This document shows positions 9,371-19,139 of a stretch of 64,000 bases of DNA, in pieces. The stretch's first letter is position 1; each line of letters opens with the position of its first letter. The stretch is from Dehalococcoidia bacterium (lineage in GTDB: Bacteria; Chloroflexota; Dehalococcoidia; UBA2979). Location of the stretch: NCBI GenBank assembly GCA_965262725.1, contig OZ253555.1, forward strand, positions 2,496,001-2,560,000, written 5' to 3'. The translations under genes and the position numbers were made by a program. The notes below the pieces were generated by a model. It was not told the origin of the DNA and made no database searches. It saw only the letters and a list, made by a program, of their open reading frames with translations.

Positions 9371-10408
9371 TCACGGCTCTAGCACGGCGCTCCGGCTGCT
9401 CACGATCTCCTTCGCCTCGCGCACCCGACGCCCCGATCCGCTGCCCGGGTGGGGGCGCCACTTGCGCGTTACGGACATGGGGTGTCTCCCCTCGATCCCG
9501 GCGGCCTTCACGCGGCGTCGGACGATGTCGCTGACGGTGTCCCCGCTCAGCGGCTGACCGCTCCGCGGGGCGGTGGCCACCAGGAAGACGTGCTGCCCGG
9601 GATCGCGCTCTGCGTCCGGGAGGAGGGCGGCGAGCGCCTGGCGCGCGCGCTCGCTGACCAGCCAGAGGTCGACCGTGACGCTCCCGCGGATCTGGGTGTG
9701 GCGCACCGCGATCGCCACGCCGCCGGCCGCGACGTCCCTCCACCGCAGCGCCGCGGCTTCGAACGGCCGCAGCCGGCAGTCGCGCATCACCAGCAGCAGC
9801 GCGCGGTCGCGCCGGCCGATCGCCGTGTCGGGGATCGCCTGAAGCACCTGGTCGAGTCCGGCGGCCGTGAGCGGGTCGCCGCGCCGCGCCGCGCCGCGCC
9901 GCCGGCTCCGCTGCTCGCCGACCAGGCGGAGCACGCTCCCCGCCCGCGTCGGATCGGGGAGTCCGGCGTCGCGGTGCTGCGCGGAGATCGCGCCGGCGTC
10001 GACGTTGACGGTCGAGGGCGTGCGGCCCTGCGCGAGGCGCTCGACCAGGTAGGTGCCGACGTCCTCGGAGGTGGCCGGCAGCGCCTCAGCTCCCCGCTCC
10101 TCGCACCAGGCCCGGAAGCGGCGCCAGGCGGAGCCGTAGGCCTTCCACGTGGCCGGCGTGCGCGCCTCGGCCGCGGTCGCGGTGCCGCGGCCCGCACACT
10201 GGTTGCACACGCGGGCGTCGTCCGGCCGGAGGAGCACGGCGAGACGGAGCGCCTCCGCTTCGCTCGCGTACGGGCCATGCCAGCGGTTGCCGGGACGACG
10301 GCTGTGGCCGCGACCGTTGTTGCAGTGCCGGCAGCTCGCCCTGTGGACGCGCGCGTGCGTGGCGGTATCGTCCTCGTGGACCCACCAGGTCTCGCCCGCC
10401 TCGCTCAT
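9371..10408 (-). CDS. Cre-like tyrosine recombinase with an N-terminal Cys/His domain and a degenerate C-terminus
   Basis: SAM-like core-binding domain (TWKAYGSAWRRFRAWC...AISAQHRDAGLPDPT) and RDRALLLVMRDCRLRPFE box. No HxLR motif or catalytic Tyr after VRRRVKAAGIEG. Confidence 0.7.
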   Translation of the reverse strand: MSEAGETWWVHEDDTATHARVHRASCRHCNNGRGHSRRPGNRWHGPYASEAEALRLAVLLRPDDARVCNQCAGRGTATAAEARTPATWKAYGSAWRRFRAWCEERGAEALPATSEDVGTYLVERLAQGRTPSTVNVDAGAISAQHRDAGLPDPTRAGSVLRLVGEQRSRRRGAARRGDPLTAAGLDQVLQAIPDTAIGRRDRALLLVMRDCRLRPFEAAALRWRDVAAGGVAIAVRHTQIRGSVTVDLWLVSERARQALAALLPDAERDPGQHVFLVATAPRSGQPLSGDTVSDIVRRRVKAAGIEGRHPMSVTRKWRPHPGSGSGRRVREAKEIVSSRSAVLEP

Positions 10409-11129
10409 CGGGTCTCCGGGGAGGGTGCCGCCCGGGGCCCGGCTCCGCGGCCGGATCCCGCACGCCGCGCCGCCATCGGGGCCACGCACGACCGGGCGAC
10501 GGGACGCTCGCGGACTGCTGGACGGGCAGCCCGACGCGAGCGGCACGGCGCCGGAGCCGCTCCCGGGCCTGTTGCCCGGCGAGCCCGCCCACCCCCGCCG
10601 TCCTCCGCCGCCGGGTCGCCCTCGGGGATCGCGGCCGCTTCCTCTCCCTCCCGGGGGCCTCGACGAGTCGAGGGCCACGGCACCGGGCTCGCGGCCGGGC
10701 CGCGCCGGGCGGCCGTGACGGGGCCGTCGCTCGACCGGCCCTCCGCCGGCGCGGGCGCGAAGCCGTCGGCCCCGGCCGCCTGCGGAACCGGCGGCAGGCA
10801 CGCCGGGCGCGCAGTGCCCGTTCGCCGGCGAGTCGGCGTCGTCACCCCCGCGCCGAGCGGCGCCGCCGGCCTCCCACCGTGAGCTCGCGGCATGCCATTC
10901 ACTCCCGCAGCTCCACGCGACGGCGGCGCCGCCGTCGATGCTGTAACGAAGGTTGTCCCAATCGTCGAGGCCGACCACCCATACTACGGGGAAGCTCTCG
11001 GCGAGAATGCCGCCCGAGCCTGCCGCGAAGCAGTCCGCGCTCGCACCACAGCCCGGCACCGCCCCCGCGATCGGCATTCCCGGGCTCCCGAGCCCCTCCG
11101 ACCTGCTGAGCGGACTCGACCCGCGCGAG

Positions 11130-11260
11130 TGGGCGGCCTCGATCGCACGCAGGTCGGCCTTGCCGGCCTTCAACTCGATGACCACCGTGGTCCCGTCGGG
11201 ATCCTCCGCGGTGATGTCGATCTGGCTGGCGTCGACGGTCTTCCCGGTACCGCCGTCCAC
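11130..11260 (-). pseudogene. NucS-like PD-(D/E)XK endonuclease fragment
   Basis: QIDITAEDPDGTTVVIELKAGKAD, flanked by sequence that does not look protein-coding. Confidence 0.6.
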
Positions 11261-11346
11261 GAGGGCCGGAGCGACCGGCCGAGCTACGGTCGCCGTGGCC
11301 CTGGTCGCGTAGGGCATCGTGCCGATGCTCTACCTCTGACCATCCG

Positions 11347-12126
11347 TCAGGATCGCGGCCGTTCGTCGAGCAGCGGCGCGACCAGCGCCCGCAGCGCCTC
11401 CGAGGGTTCGCGCCCGCGCGCCACCGCGATGTGCCGCTCGAGCGCGTGGTAGACGCGCAGCGCCTGGTCGTCGTTCCCGTCGTCGAGGTGGATCCCGATC
11501 AGCACGCCGGCGGCGCTCTGGTGCAGGGGCTCGCTGTCCCATGTCCGCTGGGCGACGGCCAGCGCCTCGTCCACATCGCCGCGCGAGGCGAGCCGGCGCG
11601 CGTATCCGTCCAGGGCGCGCAGGAACCGGTCCCTGAACCCCGTGCGGGCGCGATCGGCCCACTCGTCGTCCCAGCCGGCCAGCGGCTCCAGCATGAGGAT
11701 CTCGAGGCGAGCGTCCCCGGGCAGGGGCTGCGAGGGATCCGCGATGCGGGCCGCCAGCGCCTCCGCCTCCCGCACGTCGACCGTCACGTGGGGGTGAAGG
11801 CGCAGCGTGTCGCCGTCCGTTTCGACGAGCGGCAGGCGCGTGGCCCGCAGGCGGGTGAGCGCCTTGCGCAGGCTCGCCCGTGCGCTCGCGGTCTCCAGGA
11901 GGGGGGTGAGCCGGCGGGCGGCGTCGCTCCTGTGCAGGCCGTGCGGGTTGAGGGCGAGCAGGGCGACGAGGCGCCGGGCGCCCTTCGGCAGTTCGCATTC
12001 GACGCCGTCCGCGGTGACCGCGGACGTGCCGAGCAGGGAGACGCGGAGCTCCCGGGGAACGCGCACCCGCCCGCCGGTCCGCCGGACCCGCGGGCGGGTT
12101 CCTCCGGCAGGGTCATCGACGCGCAT
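11347..12126 (-). CDS. SARP/BTAD-domain transcriptional regulator, divergent from the Tad operon
   Basis: GGAGGAG RBS. RVSLLG, RRLVALLAL, EPLAGWDDEW, SEPLHQSA, GREPS. Confidence 0.85.
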   Translation of the reverse strand: MRVDDPAGGTRPRVRRTGGRVRVPRELRVSLLGTSAVTADGVECELPKGARRLVALLALNPHGLHRSDAARRLTPLLETASARASLRKALTRLRATRLPLVETDGDTLRLHPHVTVDVREAEALAARIADPSQPLPGDARLEILMLEPLAGWDDEWADRARTGFRDRFLRALDGYARRLASRGDVDEALAVAQRTWDSEPLHQSAAGVLIGIHLDDGNDDQALRVYHALERHIAVARGREPSEALRALVAPLLDERPRS

Positions 12127-12432
12127 CAGACTCCTCCGTTCCTCCCTCCCCGCCCCGATCCACCGGTCCTGGACGCACGGATCGTGCATGGCGCCGGATC
12201 GGACCGTTCCAATCTGCGATCCCTTTTTCCGGCCCGTATTGAACCTGTGCCGGGGCCATGGCGTGCGCGATGGGGGCGCCGGTGGGCCCATATCCGTCCC
12301 CGGGGCGCGGATCTGCCGCGCAAATGGGAACGGTGCCCGTCGTAGGGTGTTGGCCGTTTCGCCGAGCGCCGGCGCCCAGGTCGAGTGGCTTCGGAGCGGC
12401 GCCGGGTCGGCGAGACGGGCGGGGGCGGGGCG

Positions 12433-13155
12433 ATGGCGGCCGAGAGCACGGAGCAACGCGGACGAGCGGTGGCGCTGCCCCGCGTCGACATGCGTCTTTT
12501 GGCCGGCCTCGCCCTCGTCGCCGTCTCCGTGGTGGGCGGCCTGACGCTGTGGAGCGCGGCGCGGACCACGACCGTGGTGGTGGTGGCCGCCCGCGACATC
12601 GGCTCCGGCGCCGTCATCGAACCGGACGACCTGGCGCTGGCCGAGGCGCGGCTCGAGGAGCCGCTCGCCGCGCTCGTCCTTCCCGAGGCGGAGCTGGCTG
12701 CAGCCGTCGGCCGCACGGCGACCGGCGCGATCCATGCCGGCGAGCTCGTGGTGCGTCCCGACCTGGGGAGCGGCCCGGTGATCGGTCCGGGCGAGCTCGC
12801 CGTGACGATCCCGGTCGAAGACGACGCCGTCTTCGGGCGGCTGCGCCGCGGCGCCGTGGTGACGGTGATGGCGACGAGCGATGCGGGCCAGCCGGAGAGC
12901 CGGACGGTGGCGCTCCTGGAGCGGGCGGTGGTCTACGCGGTGGCGCTGGAGTCGACGCGGGTCTCCCTCGGCGGGTCGGGCGACGCCTCAGAGGACGGCC
13001 GCCCCGCCAACGTGACTCTGGTGATCCGGCGCGAGCGGGCGGAAGCGGTCGCGCACGCCCTGGTCAACGCCGAGCTGACGCTGCTGCTGCTTCAGCCGGA
13101 GCCCGCCTCCGGGCCCGCCGCCCGGCCCGCAGGGGGTGAGGGAGGCCGTCCGTGA
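12433..13155 (+). CDS. cpaB: Flp pilus assembly protein CpaB/RcpC-like (SAF domain)
   Basis: N-terminal TM helix, SAF motif VVVAARDIGSGAVIEPDDL, first gene of the Tad operon. Confidence 0.75.
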   Translation: MAAESTEQRGRAVALPRVDMRLLAGLALVAVSVVGGLTLWSAARTTTVVVVAARDIGSGAVIEPDDLALAEARLEEPLAALVLPEAELAAAVGRTATGAIHAGELVVRPDLGSGPVIGPGELAVTIPVEDDAVFGRLRRGAVVTVMATSDAGQPESRTVALLERAVVYAVALESTRVSLGGSGDASEDGRPANVTLVIRRERAEAVAHALVNAELTLLLLQPEPASGPAARPAGGEGGRP

Positions 13156-14381
13156 CGATTGCGAGCGACCCGCGGGTGCTGCTCGCGGCCGGAAGCCGCG
13201 AGCTGGAGCGCCGGCTGACCAGGGAGCTGGCCGCGGCCGGCCTCGTCGTCGGCGGGCGCTGCCTGGACGGGCCGAGCCTGCTGGAGCGGGCGTCTGAGCC
13301 CGGCTTCGATGTCGTGCTGGCGGCGGCGGAGCTGCACCGGCTCTCGGACGGCGTGCTCGCCGCGCTGCGCGAGCGTGGGCTGCCGGTGGTGCTGCTGGCG
13401 GCGGACTCAGGCGACGCGGCGAGGCTCTCCGGGCTGGCGCGCGTGCTGCCCGCCTCCACGCCCGGCCCGGTCGTCGCGGCCGCCCTGCGGCAGGCCGCGG
13501 CGTCCGGCGCGCGGCCTGCGGGCCCCGTGGACGCCGCCGGCTCAGCCGGCGGCGCGGACGCCCCGCCCGCCGCGCTCCCTCCCGCGGCGGTGCGGGACGT
13601 CCCGTCCCCTCACGCGCGGAGCCACGGCCGCGTGGTGGCGGTCACCAGCGGCAAGGGCGCGCCGGGGAAGACGACGATCGCCATAGCGCTGGCGGCGCTG
13701 CTGGGGGAGCACGGCGCGGGCGTCGTGCTGCTGGACGCGGACCTCCGCGGCGGCAACGTCGCGCCCTACCTGGATCTCGACCCCCGGCGCGGGCTGGTGG
13801 GACTGGCGGCGGCGGGCGGGCGGCTCGACCGCGAGCTGCAGGAGGGGCCGGGCTGCTCGGTGCTCGCCGGCGTGGAGCGCCCCGAGCTCGCGGCGGGGCT
13901 GGCGGGCGGGGCGCTGAGCGGCGTGATCTCCGCGCTGCGCGAGCGCTTCGAGACGGTGGTGGTGGACCTCGGCGCGCCGCCTGATGCGGGGCTGCTGCGG
14001 GCGGCCGACGAGTTGCTGCTGGTGACGGGCCCCGACCTGGTCTCGATCTGGAACGCGCGCACCGCGCTCCCCGCGATCCGGGAGGAGTCGGGCTCCGCGA
14101 TGCCCCGCGCGGTCGTGAACCGCCGCGAGGGCCGGGAGCACTACCCCGCCGGCGAGGTCGGGCGGGCGCTCGGCATGGCGGTCCTGGGCGTGGTGCGGGA
14201 GGAGCGCGAGAGCGCGCGCCGGGCGGTGTCGAGGCAGATCCCGCTCTCCGCCGCGGGCGGGAAGGTGACGCTCGACCTCCGCGCGCTCGCAGGGGCGCTC
14301 ACCCCCGCGGCAGCGGCGGCGCCCGCCGAGGCGCTCCAGGGCGCCGACTGGCTGACGTTCGGTCTGGCCGAGGGGTACTGA
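13152..14381 (+). CDS. CpaE/TadZ-like MinD/ParA-family ATPase with receiver-like N-terminus
   Basis: SGKGAPGKTT, LLDADLRGG, VVVDLG, VVNR. Confidence 0.85.
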   Translation: MTIASDPRVLLAAGSRELERRLTRELAAAGLVVGGRCLDGPSLLERASEPGFDVVLAAAELHRLSDGVLAALRERGLPVVLLAADSGDAARLSGLARVLPASTPGPVVAAALRQAAASGARPAGPVDAAGSAGGADAPPAALPPAAVRDVPSPHARSHGRVVAVTSGKGAPGKTTIAIALAALLGEHGAGVVLLDADLRGGNVAPYLDLDPRRGLVGLAAAGGRLDRELQEGPGCSVLAGVERPELAAGLAGGALSGVISALRERFETVVVDLGAPPDAGLLRAADELLLVTGPDLVSIWNARTALPAIREESGSAMPRAVVNRREGREHYPAGEVGRALGMAVLGVVREERESARRAVSRQIPLSAAGGKVTLDLRALAGALTPAAAAAPAEALQGADWLTFGLAEGY

Positions 14382-14382
14382 G

Positions 14383-15654
14383 ATGGTGGCGCCGGCCGTC
14401 GGGGGCGAGCGCGAGCGCGCGATCCGGAGCGAGGTGCGGGACGAGCTCCGGACGCTGCTCGACGCCGAGGCGCTGCTTCAGCCGGGACCGGCGGAGCATG
14501 AGCAGGTGGAGCGGCTCGTCTCCGAGCGCATCGCGGCCTGGAGCCGGCGCTCGGCGACGCTCGGCGAGCCGGCGCTGGCGGAGCCGGAGCGGCTCGCGCG
14601 CCGCATCCTCGACGACCTGCTCGGCCTCGGGCCGCTGCAGCCCCTGCTGGATGACCCCGAGGTCGAGGAGATCATCGTCAACGGCCCGCAGCGCATCTTC
14701 GCCATAGCGGGCGGCAGCAAGCGGCTGACCGACGTGGTGTTCGAGGACGACGAGCAGCTGCTGGGACTGCTGCGCCGCGCGCTCGGCCCGCTCGGGCGGC
14801 GTCTGGACGAGACCTCCCCGATGGTCGACGCCCGCCTCGCCGACGGCTCGCGGCTCAACGCCGTGATGCCCCCGCTCGCCTCCGGCGGCACGCACGCCAC
14901 GATCCGCAAGTTCCTGCTGCGGGCGCGCACGATCGCCGACCTCGTCCGGCTCGAGGCGCTCACGCCCGAGGCCGCCGCGTTCCTGGAGGCGGCGGTGCGC
15001 TGCGGCCTGAACATGCTGATCGCCGGGGGCACGGGCTCGGGCAAGACGACCTGCCTGAACGCGCTCGGGTCGTCGGTCTCCGGGCTCACGGAGCGCGTCG
15101 TCACCATCGAGGAGACGGCGGAGCTCCAGCTCGAGCCGGTGCTGCCGGACTGCGTGGCGCTGCAGGCGCGCCAGCCCAACGCCGAGGGCGCCGGCGGCGT
15201 CCCGATCCGCGCGCTGGTCAAGAACGCGCTGCGCATGCGTCCGACGCGGATCGTGGTGGGCGAGGTGCGCGGCGCCGAGGCGCTGGACATGCTCACCGCC
15301 ATGAACTCGGGCCACGACGGCTCGATGTGCACGATCCACGCCAACGGTCCGCGCGAGGCGCTGACCAAGCTCCGCACCTACGCGCTGATGGCGGAGGAGG
15401 CGATCCCGGCGCAGGCCGTCACCGAGATGATCGCCGAGGCCATACAGCTCGTCGTGCACCTGCGCATGGACCCCTCGGGCCGGCGCCTCGTCTCGAGCAT
15501 CTACGAGGTCACGGGCCTGGAGGGCGACCAGGTCGCCGGGAGCGAGCTCTTCGCGCTGGGGGCCGGCCGGCTCGAGTGGACCGGCATCCGCCCCCGGCGG
15601 GCGGCGCGGCTGCTTGAGGCCGGCTACCCCGGACCCGGCGCGAGCGGTTCGTGA
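14383..15654 (+). CDS. cpaF: Tad secretion ATPase CpaF/TadA
   Basis: GLGPLQPLLDDPEVEEIIVNG, GGTGSGKTT, TIEETAEL, NALRMRPTRIVVGEVRGAEA, MNSGHDGSMCTIHAN. Confidence 0.95.
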   Translation: MVAPAVGGERERAIRSEVRDELRTLLDAEALLQPGPAEHEQVERLVSERIAAWSRRSATLGEPALAEPERLARRILDDLLGLGPLQPLLDDPEVEEIIVNGPQRIFAIAGGSKRLTDVVFEDDEQLLGLLRRALGPLGRRLDETSPMVDARLADGSRLNAVMPPLASGGTHATIRKFLLRARTIADLVRLEALTPEAAAFLEAAVRCGLNMLIAGGTGSGKTTCLNALGSSVSGLTERVVTIEETAELQLEPVLPDCVALQARQPNAEGAGGVPIRALVKNALRMRPTRIVVGEVRGAEALDMLTAMNSGHDGSMCTIHANGPREALTKLRTYALMAEEAIPAQAVTEMIAEAIQLVVHLRMDPSGRRLVSSIYEVTGLEGDQVAGSELFALGAGRLEWTGIRPRRAARLLEAGYPGPGASGS

Positions 15655-15784
15655 TGCGCATTCCCTCTGGTGTCGGCCCGGGCGCACGGCTGTGCCGGCC
15701 GCGGCCCGTTCGGACCACGCACGGGCCGTTGGCCGTCCGTCGCCGAGGGGGTGCTCACCACGTTCCGGGTGAGAGGAGCCTCCC

Positions 15785-16663
15785 GTGCACGTCGTGCTGA
15801 GCCTGGGCTTCGGGCTCGGCCTCTACCTCATATTCCGCTGGCTCGCGGGCGGGCGGCCCGAGGTGCGCCCCGACGAGGATCCCAGCGAGCGGCCCGCGGG
15901 GCGTGCGGGCTGGATCGCGCGGCGCCTCGCCTCGCCCGGCGCGGACGGGGTGGGCCTCCGCGAGCTGGCGCCGGCGAGTGCCGCCGCGGGTGCTGCGAGC
16001 GCGCTCCTCGCCCAGCTCTTCTTCGGCTGGCCGGTGGTGACGCTCGCGGCCGCGGGCGCCGGGCTGCTGCTCCCCACCTGGTACTACCGGCAGCGCGCCC
16101 AGAGGCGTCGCGCCGAGATCGAGGAGGCGGTCGGCGAGGCGGTCGAGACGCTGCGCGACGCCGTCCGCATCGGGCTCGGCGTCGAGGAGGCGCTGCGCGC
16201 GCTCGCCGTCACCGGCCCCGCCGCGCTGCGGCCGGTCTTCTCGGGGATCGAGCGCGACCTCCGGCTGGCCGGCTTCGAGGAGGCGCTGGAGCGGGCGCGC
16301 GAGCGGCTTCAGGAGCCGCTCTTCGACACGCTGGCGGTGGCGCTGCTCACCGCCTACCGCATCGGCGGCCGCAACCTGGCGGCGGTGCTCGACGGGCTCA
16401 GCGCCTCGGTGCGCGGCAGCGTGCAGGTGCGCCGCGAGGTGCGGGCCAACCAGGCCCAGAACGTGCTCTCGGCGCGGGTGATCGCGGCGCTGCCGCTGCT
16501 GCTGATCCTGGTCATCCGCGGCTCCAACCCGAACTACCTGGCCGCCTTCTCGCAGCCCGTGGGGCAGGCGGTGCTCGCCTGCTGCCTGCTGAGCATCACC
16601 GTCGGCTACACGGTGATGCTCCGGCAGGCGGCGCTGCCGGCCCAGGAGCGGGTGCTGAGGTGA
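15785..16663 (+). CDS. tadB: TadB (type II secretion F-domain) membrane protein
   Basis: TM helices, LRDAVRIGLG, GGRNLAAVL, directly after cpaF. Confidence 0.85.
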   Translation: MHVVLSLGFGLGLYLIFRWLAGGRPEVRPDEDPSERPAGRAGWIARRLASPGADGVGLRELAPASAAAGAASALLAQLFFGWPVVTLAAAGAGLLLPTWYYRQRAQRRRAEIEEAVGEAVETLRDAVRIGLGVEEALRALAVTGPAALRPVFSGIERDLRLAGFEEALERARERLQEPLFDTLAVALLTAYRIGGRNLAAVLDGLSASVRGSVQVRREVRANQAQNVLSARVIAALPLLLILVIRGSNPNYLAAFSQPVGQAVLACCLLSITVGYTVMLRQAALPAQERVLR

Positions 16664-17604
16664 CGGCCGCGCTCGCCCTCAGCTGCGCGCTCGGCGCCGG
16701 GCTCTGGCTGATGCTGATGGGGCAGCCCGTGGGGCGGCCTCGCCCCGAGCTCTCGGCCCGGCTCCGGCGGCTCTCGGTGCAGGAGCGGATGGCCCAGGAG
16801 GAGCGCGCCGGGAGCCCCGGCGCGCCGATGTTCCGCTGGGCGCTGCTGGAGCGGCTGCTGCGGCCGCTGCTGGAGGACGCCGGCGGCGCGGCCTCGGGGC
16901 TGCTGCGGCGCCTCGGCCTCGAGGCCGGGGACCTGGACTCACGGCTTGCGCTCGGCTGGCCGGGGATGAGCGCTCCGCAGTTCCGCGGGCAGCAGCTCGC
17001 AACCGGCGCCGTCGCCGCGCTCGTCCTCCCCGCCATGAACGTCCTGGGCGTGCACCCCTTCGGGGCGTGGCCGGTGTGGCTGTGGGTGGGGGCGTTCGCC
17101 GCCGGCTTCGCCGCCCCGAGCTGGCAGCTCGCGGGCCGGCTCACGAGAAGGCGCCGCGCGATCCACGCCGAGCTGCCGGTGGCGCTCGACCTCTTCGTGA
17201 TCGCGGCGTCAGCGGGACTCTCCCCGGAGCAGGCGCTGGTCGAGGCGGGCCGTCAGCTGGACGGCGTGCTGGGGGAGGCGCTGCGCGAGGTGGTGCGCGA
17301 GGCCGGGCTCGGCACGGTCGAGGGCGCCGAGGGGCTGCAGCTACTCGCCGACCGCGAGGGCATCGCCGAGCTGCGCTCGCTCGCCGGCGCCTGGCAGCTC
17401 TCGCACACGCAGGGCCTGCCGCTGGCGCCGGCGATCCTCTCGCTCGCGGAGACCGTGCGCGACCGCAGAAGGGCGCAGCTGCTGGAGGAGGGCGGCAAGG
17501 CGGCCGTCCGGATGCTGTTCCCGGTCACGATTTTCATCTTCCCGGTGTTCCTGGTCGTCCTGCTCTATCCCGCCGGGGTGGAGCTGCTCGGCCTGGGCAA
17601 GTGA
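16660..17604 (+). CDS. tadC: TadC (type II secretion F-domain) membrane protein
   Basis: GTGA overlap with tadB. ELPVALDLFVIAASAGLSPEQAL...MLFPV..FIFP. Confidence 0.88.
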   Translation: MTAALALSCALGAGLWLMLMGQPVGRPRPELSARLRRLSVQERMAQEERAGSPGAPMFRWALLERLLRPLLEDAGGAASGLLRRLGLEAGDLDSRLALGWPGMSAPQFRGQQLATGAVAALVLPAMNVLGVHPFGAWPVWLWVGAFAAGFAAPSWQLAGRLTRRRRAIHAELPVALDLFVIAASAGLSPEQALVEAGRQLDGVLGEALREVVREAGLGTVEGAEGLQLLADREGIAELRSLAGAWQLSHTQGLPLAPAILSLAETVRDRRRAQLLEEGGKAAVRMLFPVTIFIFPVFLVVLLYPAGVELLGLGK

Positions 17605-17632
17605 GACGGCTGGTCATGGACCGGAAGGGGGT

Positions 17633-17821
17633 GTGGTGATGCTGACGAGGATCCATGGGGTGGTGCGGAGGCTGCACGAGGACGAGCGCGGTGCGGCGAT
17701 GGTCGAGTACGCGATCGTCACCGCCGTGATCGCGGTCGTGGCGCTGACCGCGGCGCAGGCGATCGGGACCAGCGTGGTCGGCGTGTTCGAGGACATCGCC
17801 GACGCGCTGGACGGGATCTAG
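17633..17821 (+). CDS. flp: Flp family type IVb pilin
   Basis: DERG/AAMVEYAIV prepilin motif followed by a hydrophobic helix. Confidence 0.92.
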   Translation: MVMLTRIHGVVRRLHEDERGAAMVEYAIVTAVIAVVALTAAQAIGTSVVGVFEDIADALDGI

Positions 17822-17831
17822 GCCGGTCCGC

Positions 17832-18218
17832 GTGCACGAAGGCGAGTCGGGGCAGAGCACGCTCGAGCTGGCGCTCGTGCTGCCGGCGCTCCTGGTCGTG
17901 CTGGTGGGCGCGGTGCAGTTCGCGCTCATCCAGCACGCCCGGAACGTCGCCGATACCGCGGCCGCGGAGGGCGCGCGGCTCGGCGCCGCCGAGGGTCACA
18001 CGCTGCTCGAGGGCGCGGAACGCACGCGGGAGGTGCTGGCGTCCGGGCTCGGTGCGACCGGTGCGGCCTTCTCCGTCCGGGCGGAGGACCGGGGCGGGAC
18101 GGTGGTGACCGAGGCGAGCGGGCAGTACCGGCTCTTCATTCCGTGGGTGAGCGACCTCGCCGTCGCGATCGAGTCGCGCTCCGAGGTCCGCAAGGAGGGA
18201 CTGCGCAGTGGTCCGTAG
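17832..18218 (+). CDS. tadE: TadE-like pseudopilin
   Basis: ESGQSTLELALVLP...AAAEGAR. Confidence 0.85.
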   Translation: MHEGESGQSTLELALVLPALLVVLVGAVQFALIQHARNVADTAAAEGARLGAAEGHTLLEGAERTREVLASGLGATGAAFSVRAEDRGGTVVTEASGQYRLFIPWVSDLAVAIESRSEVRKEGLRSGP

Positions 18219-18660
18219 AGCGTGTCGGGCGCTGCTCCGGCCGGCCGCCGGCGAATCCGGCGGCGTGCTGATCGAGGCGGCGCTGGTGATCCCGGTGGTG
18301 CTGGTGGCCTGCTTCGGGGTGGTGATGGCGGGGCGCATCGTCCACGCGCAGATCGGCGTGGCGGCCGTGGCGCGCGAGGCGGGGCGCACGCTCGCCCAGG
18401 CGCCGTCCGCTCAGGACGGGCTCGCCCGCGCCCGCTCGCGCGCGCTGGCCGTGGCGGACGGGCACGGGCTGGCGGCGGATGCTCTTCAGCTTGTGCTGGA
18501 GGCAGGGGCCTTCCGCCGCGGCGGCACGGTGCGCGCCATCGCCTCCTACCGCGTCGCGCTCGGCGACCTGCCGATGCTCGGCCGGCTCGGGGTGACGGTT
18601 CGGAGTGCGCACGCGGAGCGCGTCGAGCTCTACCGCAGCCGGGCGGCGGTGCGGCCGTGA
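18208..18660 (+). CDS. TadE/TadF-like pseudopilin
   Basis: ESGGVLIEAALVIPVV...VAREAGR. Confidence 0.82.
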   Translation: MVRRACRALLRPAAGESGGVLIEAALVIPVVLVACFGVVMAGRIVHAQIGVAAVAREAGRTLAQAPSAQDGLARARSRALAVADGHGLAADALQLVLEAGAFRRGGTVRAIASYRVALGDLPMLGRLGVTVRSAHAERVELYRSRAAVRP

Positions 18661-19139
18661 GCGGGAGCTGGCGGCGCCTCCACGAAGACGAGCGCGGGGC
18701 GGCGATGGTGCTGGTGGCGCTCTGGCTGGTGGCGCTGGTCACCGTCGCTGGCCTCGTCGTCGACGGCGGGATGGTGCTGGCGCAGCGCCGCGCGCTGCAG
18801 AACGTCGCCGACGCGGCGGCCGCGGCCGGCGCGATGCAGCTCGACGAAACCCGCTACCGCGCCTCCGGCGGGTCGGAGGTCGTACTCGATGAGGCCGCGG
18901 CGCACGCGGCGGCCTCCGGCTACCTGGCGGCGGAGGACGGGCTCGCCTACACGGTGACGGCCGGCGAGGCGCGGGTCGCGGTCGATGTCGAGCGCCGGGC
19001 CCCGACCGCCTTCCTGCGCGTGATCGGCATAGGCCACGTGAGCATCCGCGCCCGCGCCTCGGCCGAACCGCGGCACGGGGTCGTGCGGGCGGCGGGTGAG
19101 GCGGCGGGCGACGCGGCGGGCGAGGCGGCGGCGGCGTGA
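18657..19139 (+). CDS. TadG-like pilus assembly protein
   Basis: DERGAAMVLVAL...GLVVDGG...LQNVADAAAAAGA, with a GTGA overlap. Confidence 0.85.
   Translation: MSGSWRRLHEDERGAAMVLVALWLVALVTVAGLVVDGGMVLAQRRALQNVADAAAAAGAMQLDETRYRASGGSEVVLDEAAAHAAASGYLAAEDGLAYTVTAGEARVAVDVERRAPTAFLRVIGIGHVSIRARASAEPRHGVVRAAGEAAGDAAGEAAAA

Noticed and set aside
10405-10902. 165-aa ORF overlapping the recombinase start
   Set aside because: Low-complexity Ala/Arg/Pro/Gly sequence with no motif, so it cannot be supported.
9371-11317. 648-aa nuclease-recombinase fusion ORF
   Set aside because: The middle is low-complexity, non-protein-like read-through. Better explained as a NucS-like fragment plus a separate gene starting at 10408.
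15655-15784. GC-rich hairpins between cpaF and tadB as a riboswitch or terminator
   Set aside because: Short stems are expected at this GC content, with no U-tract or known motif.
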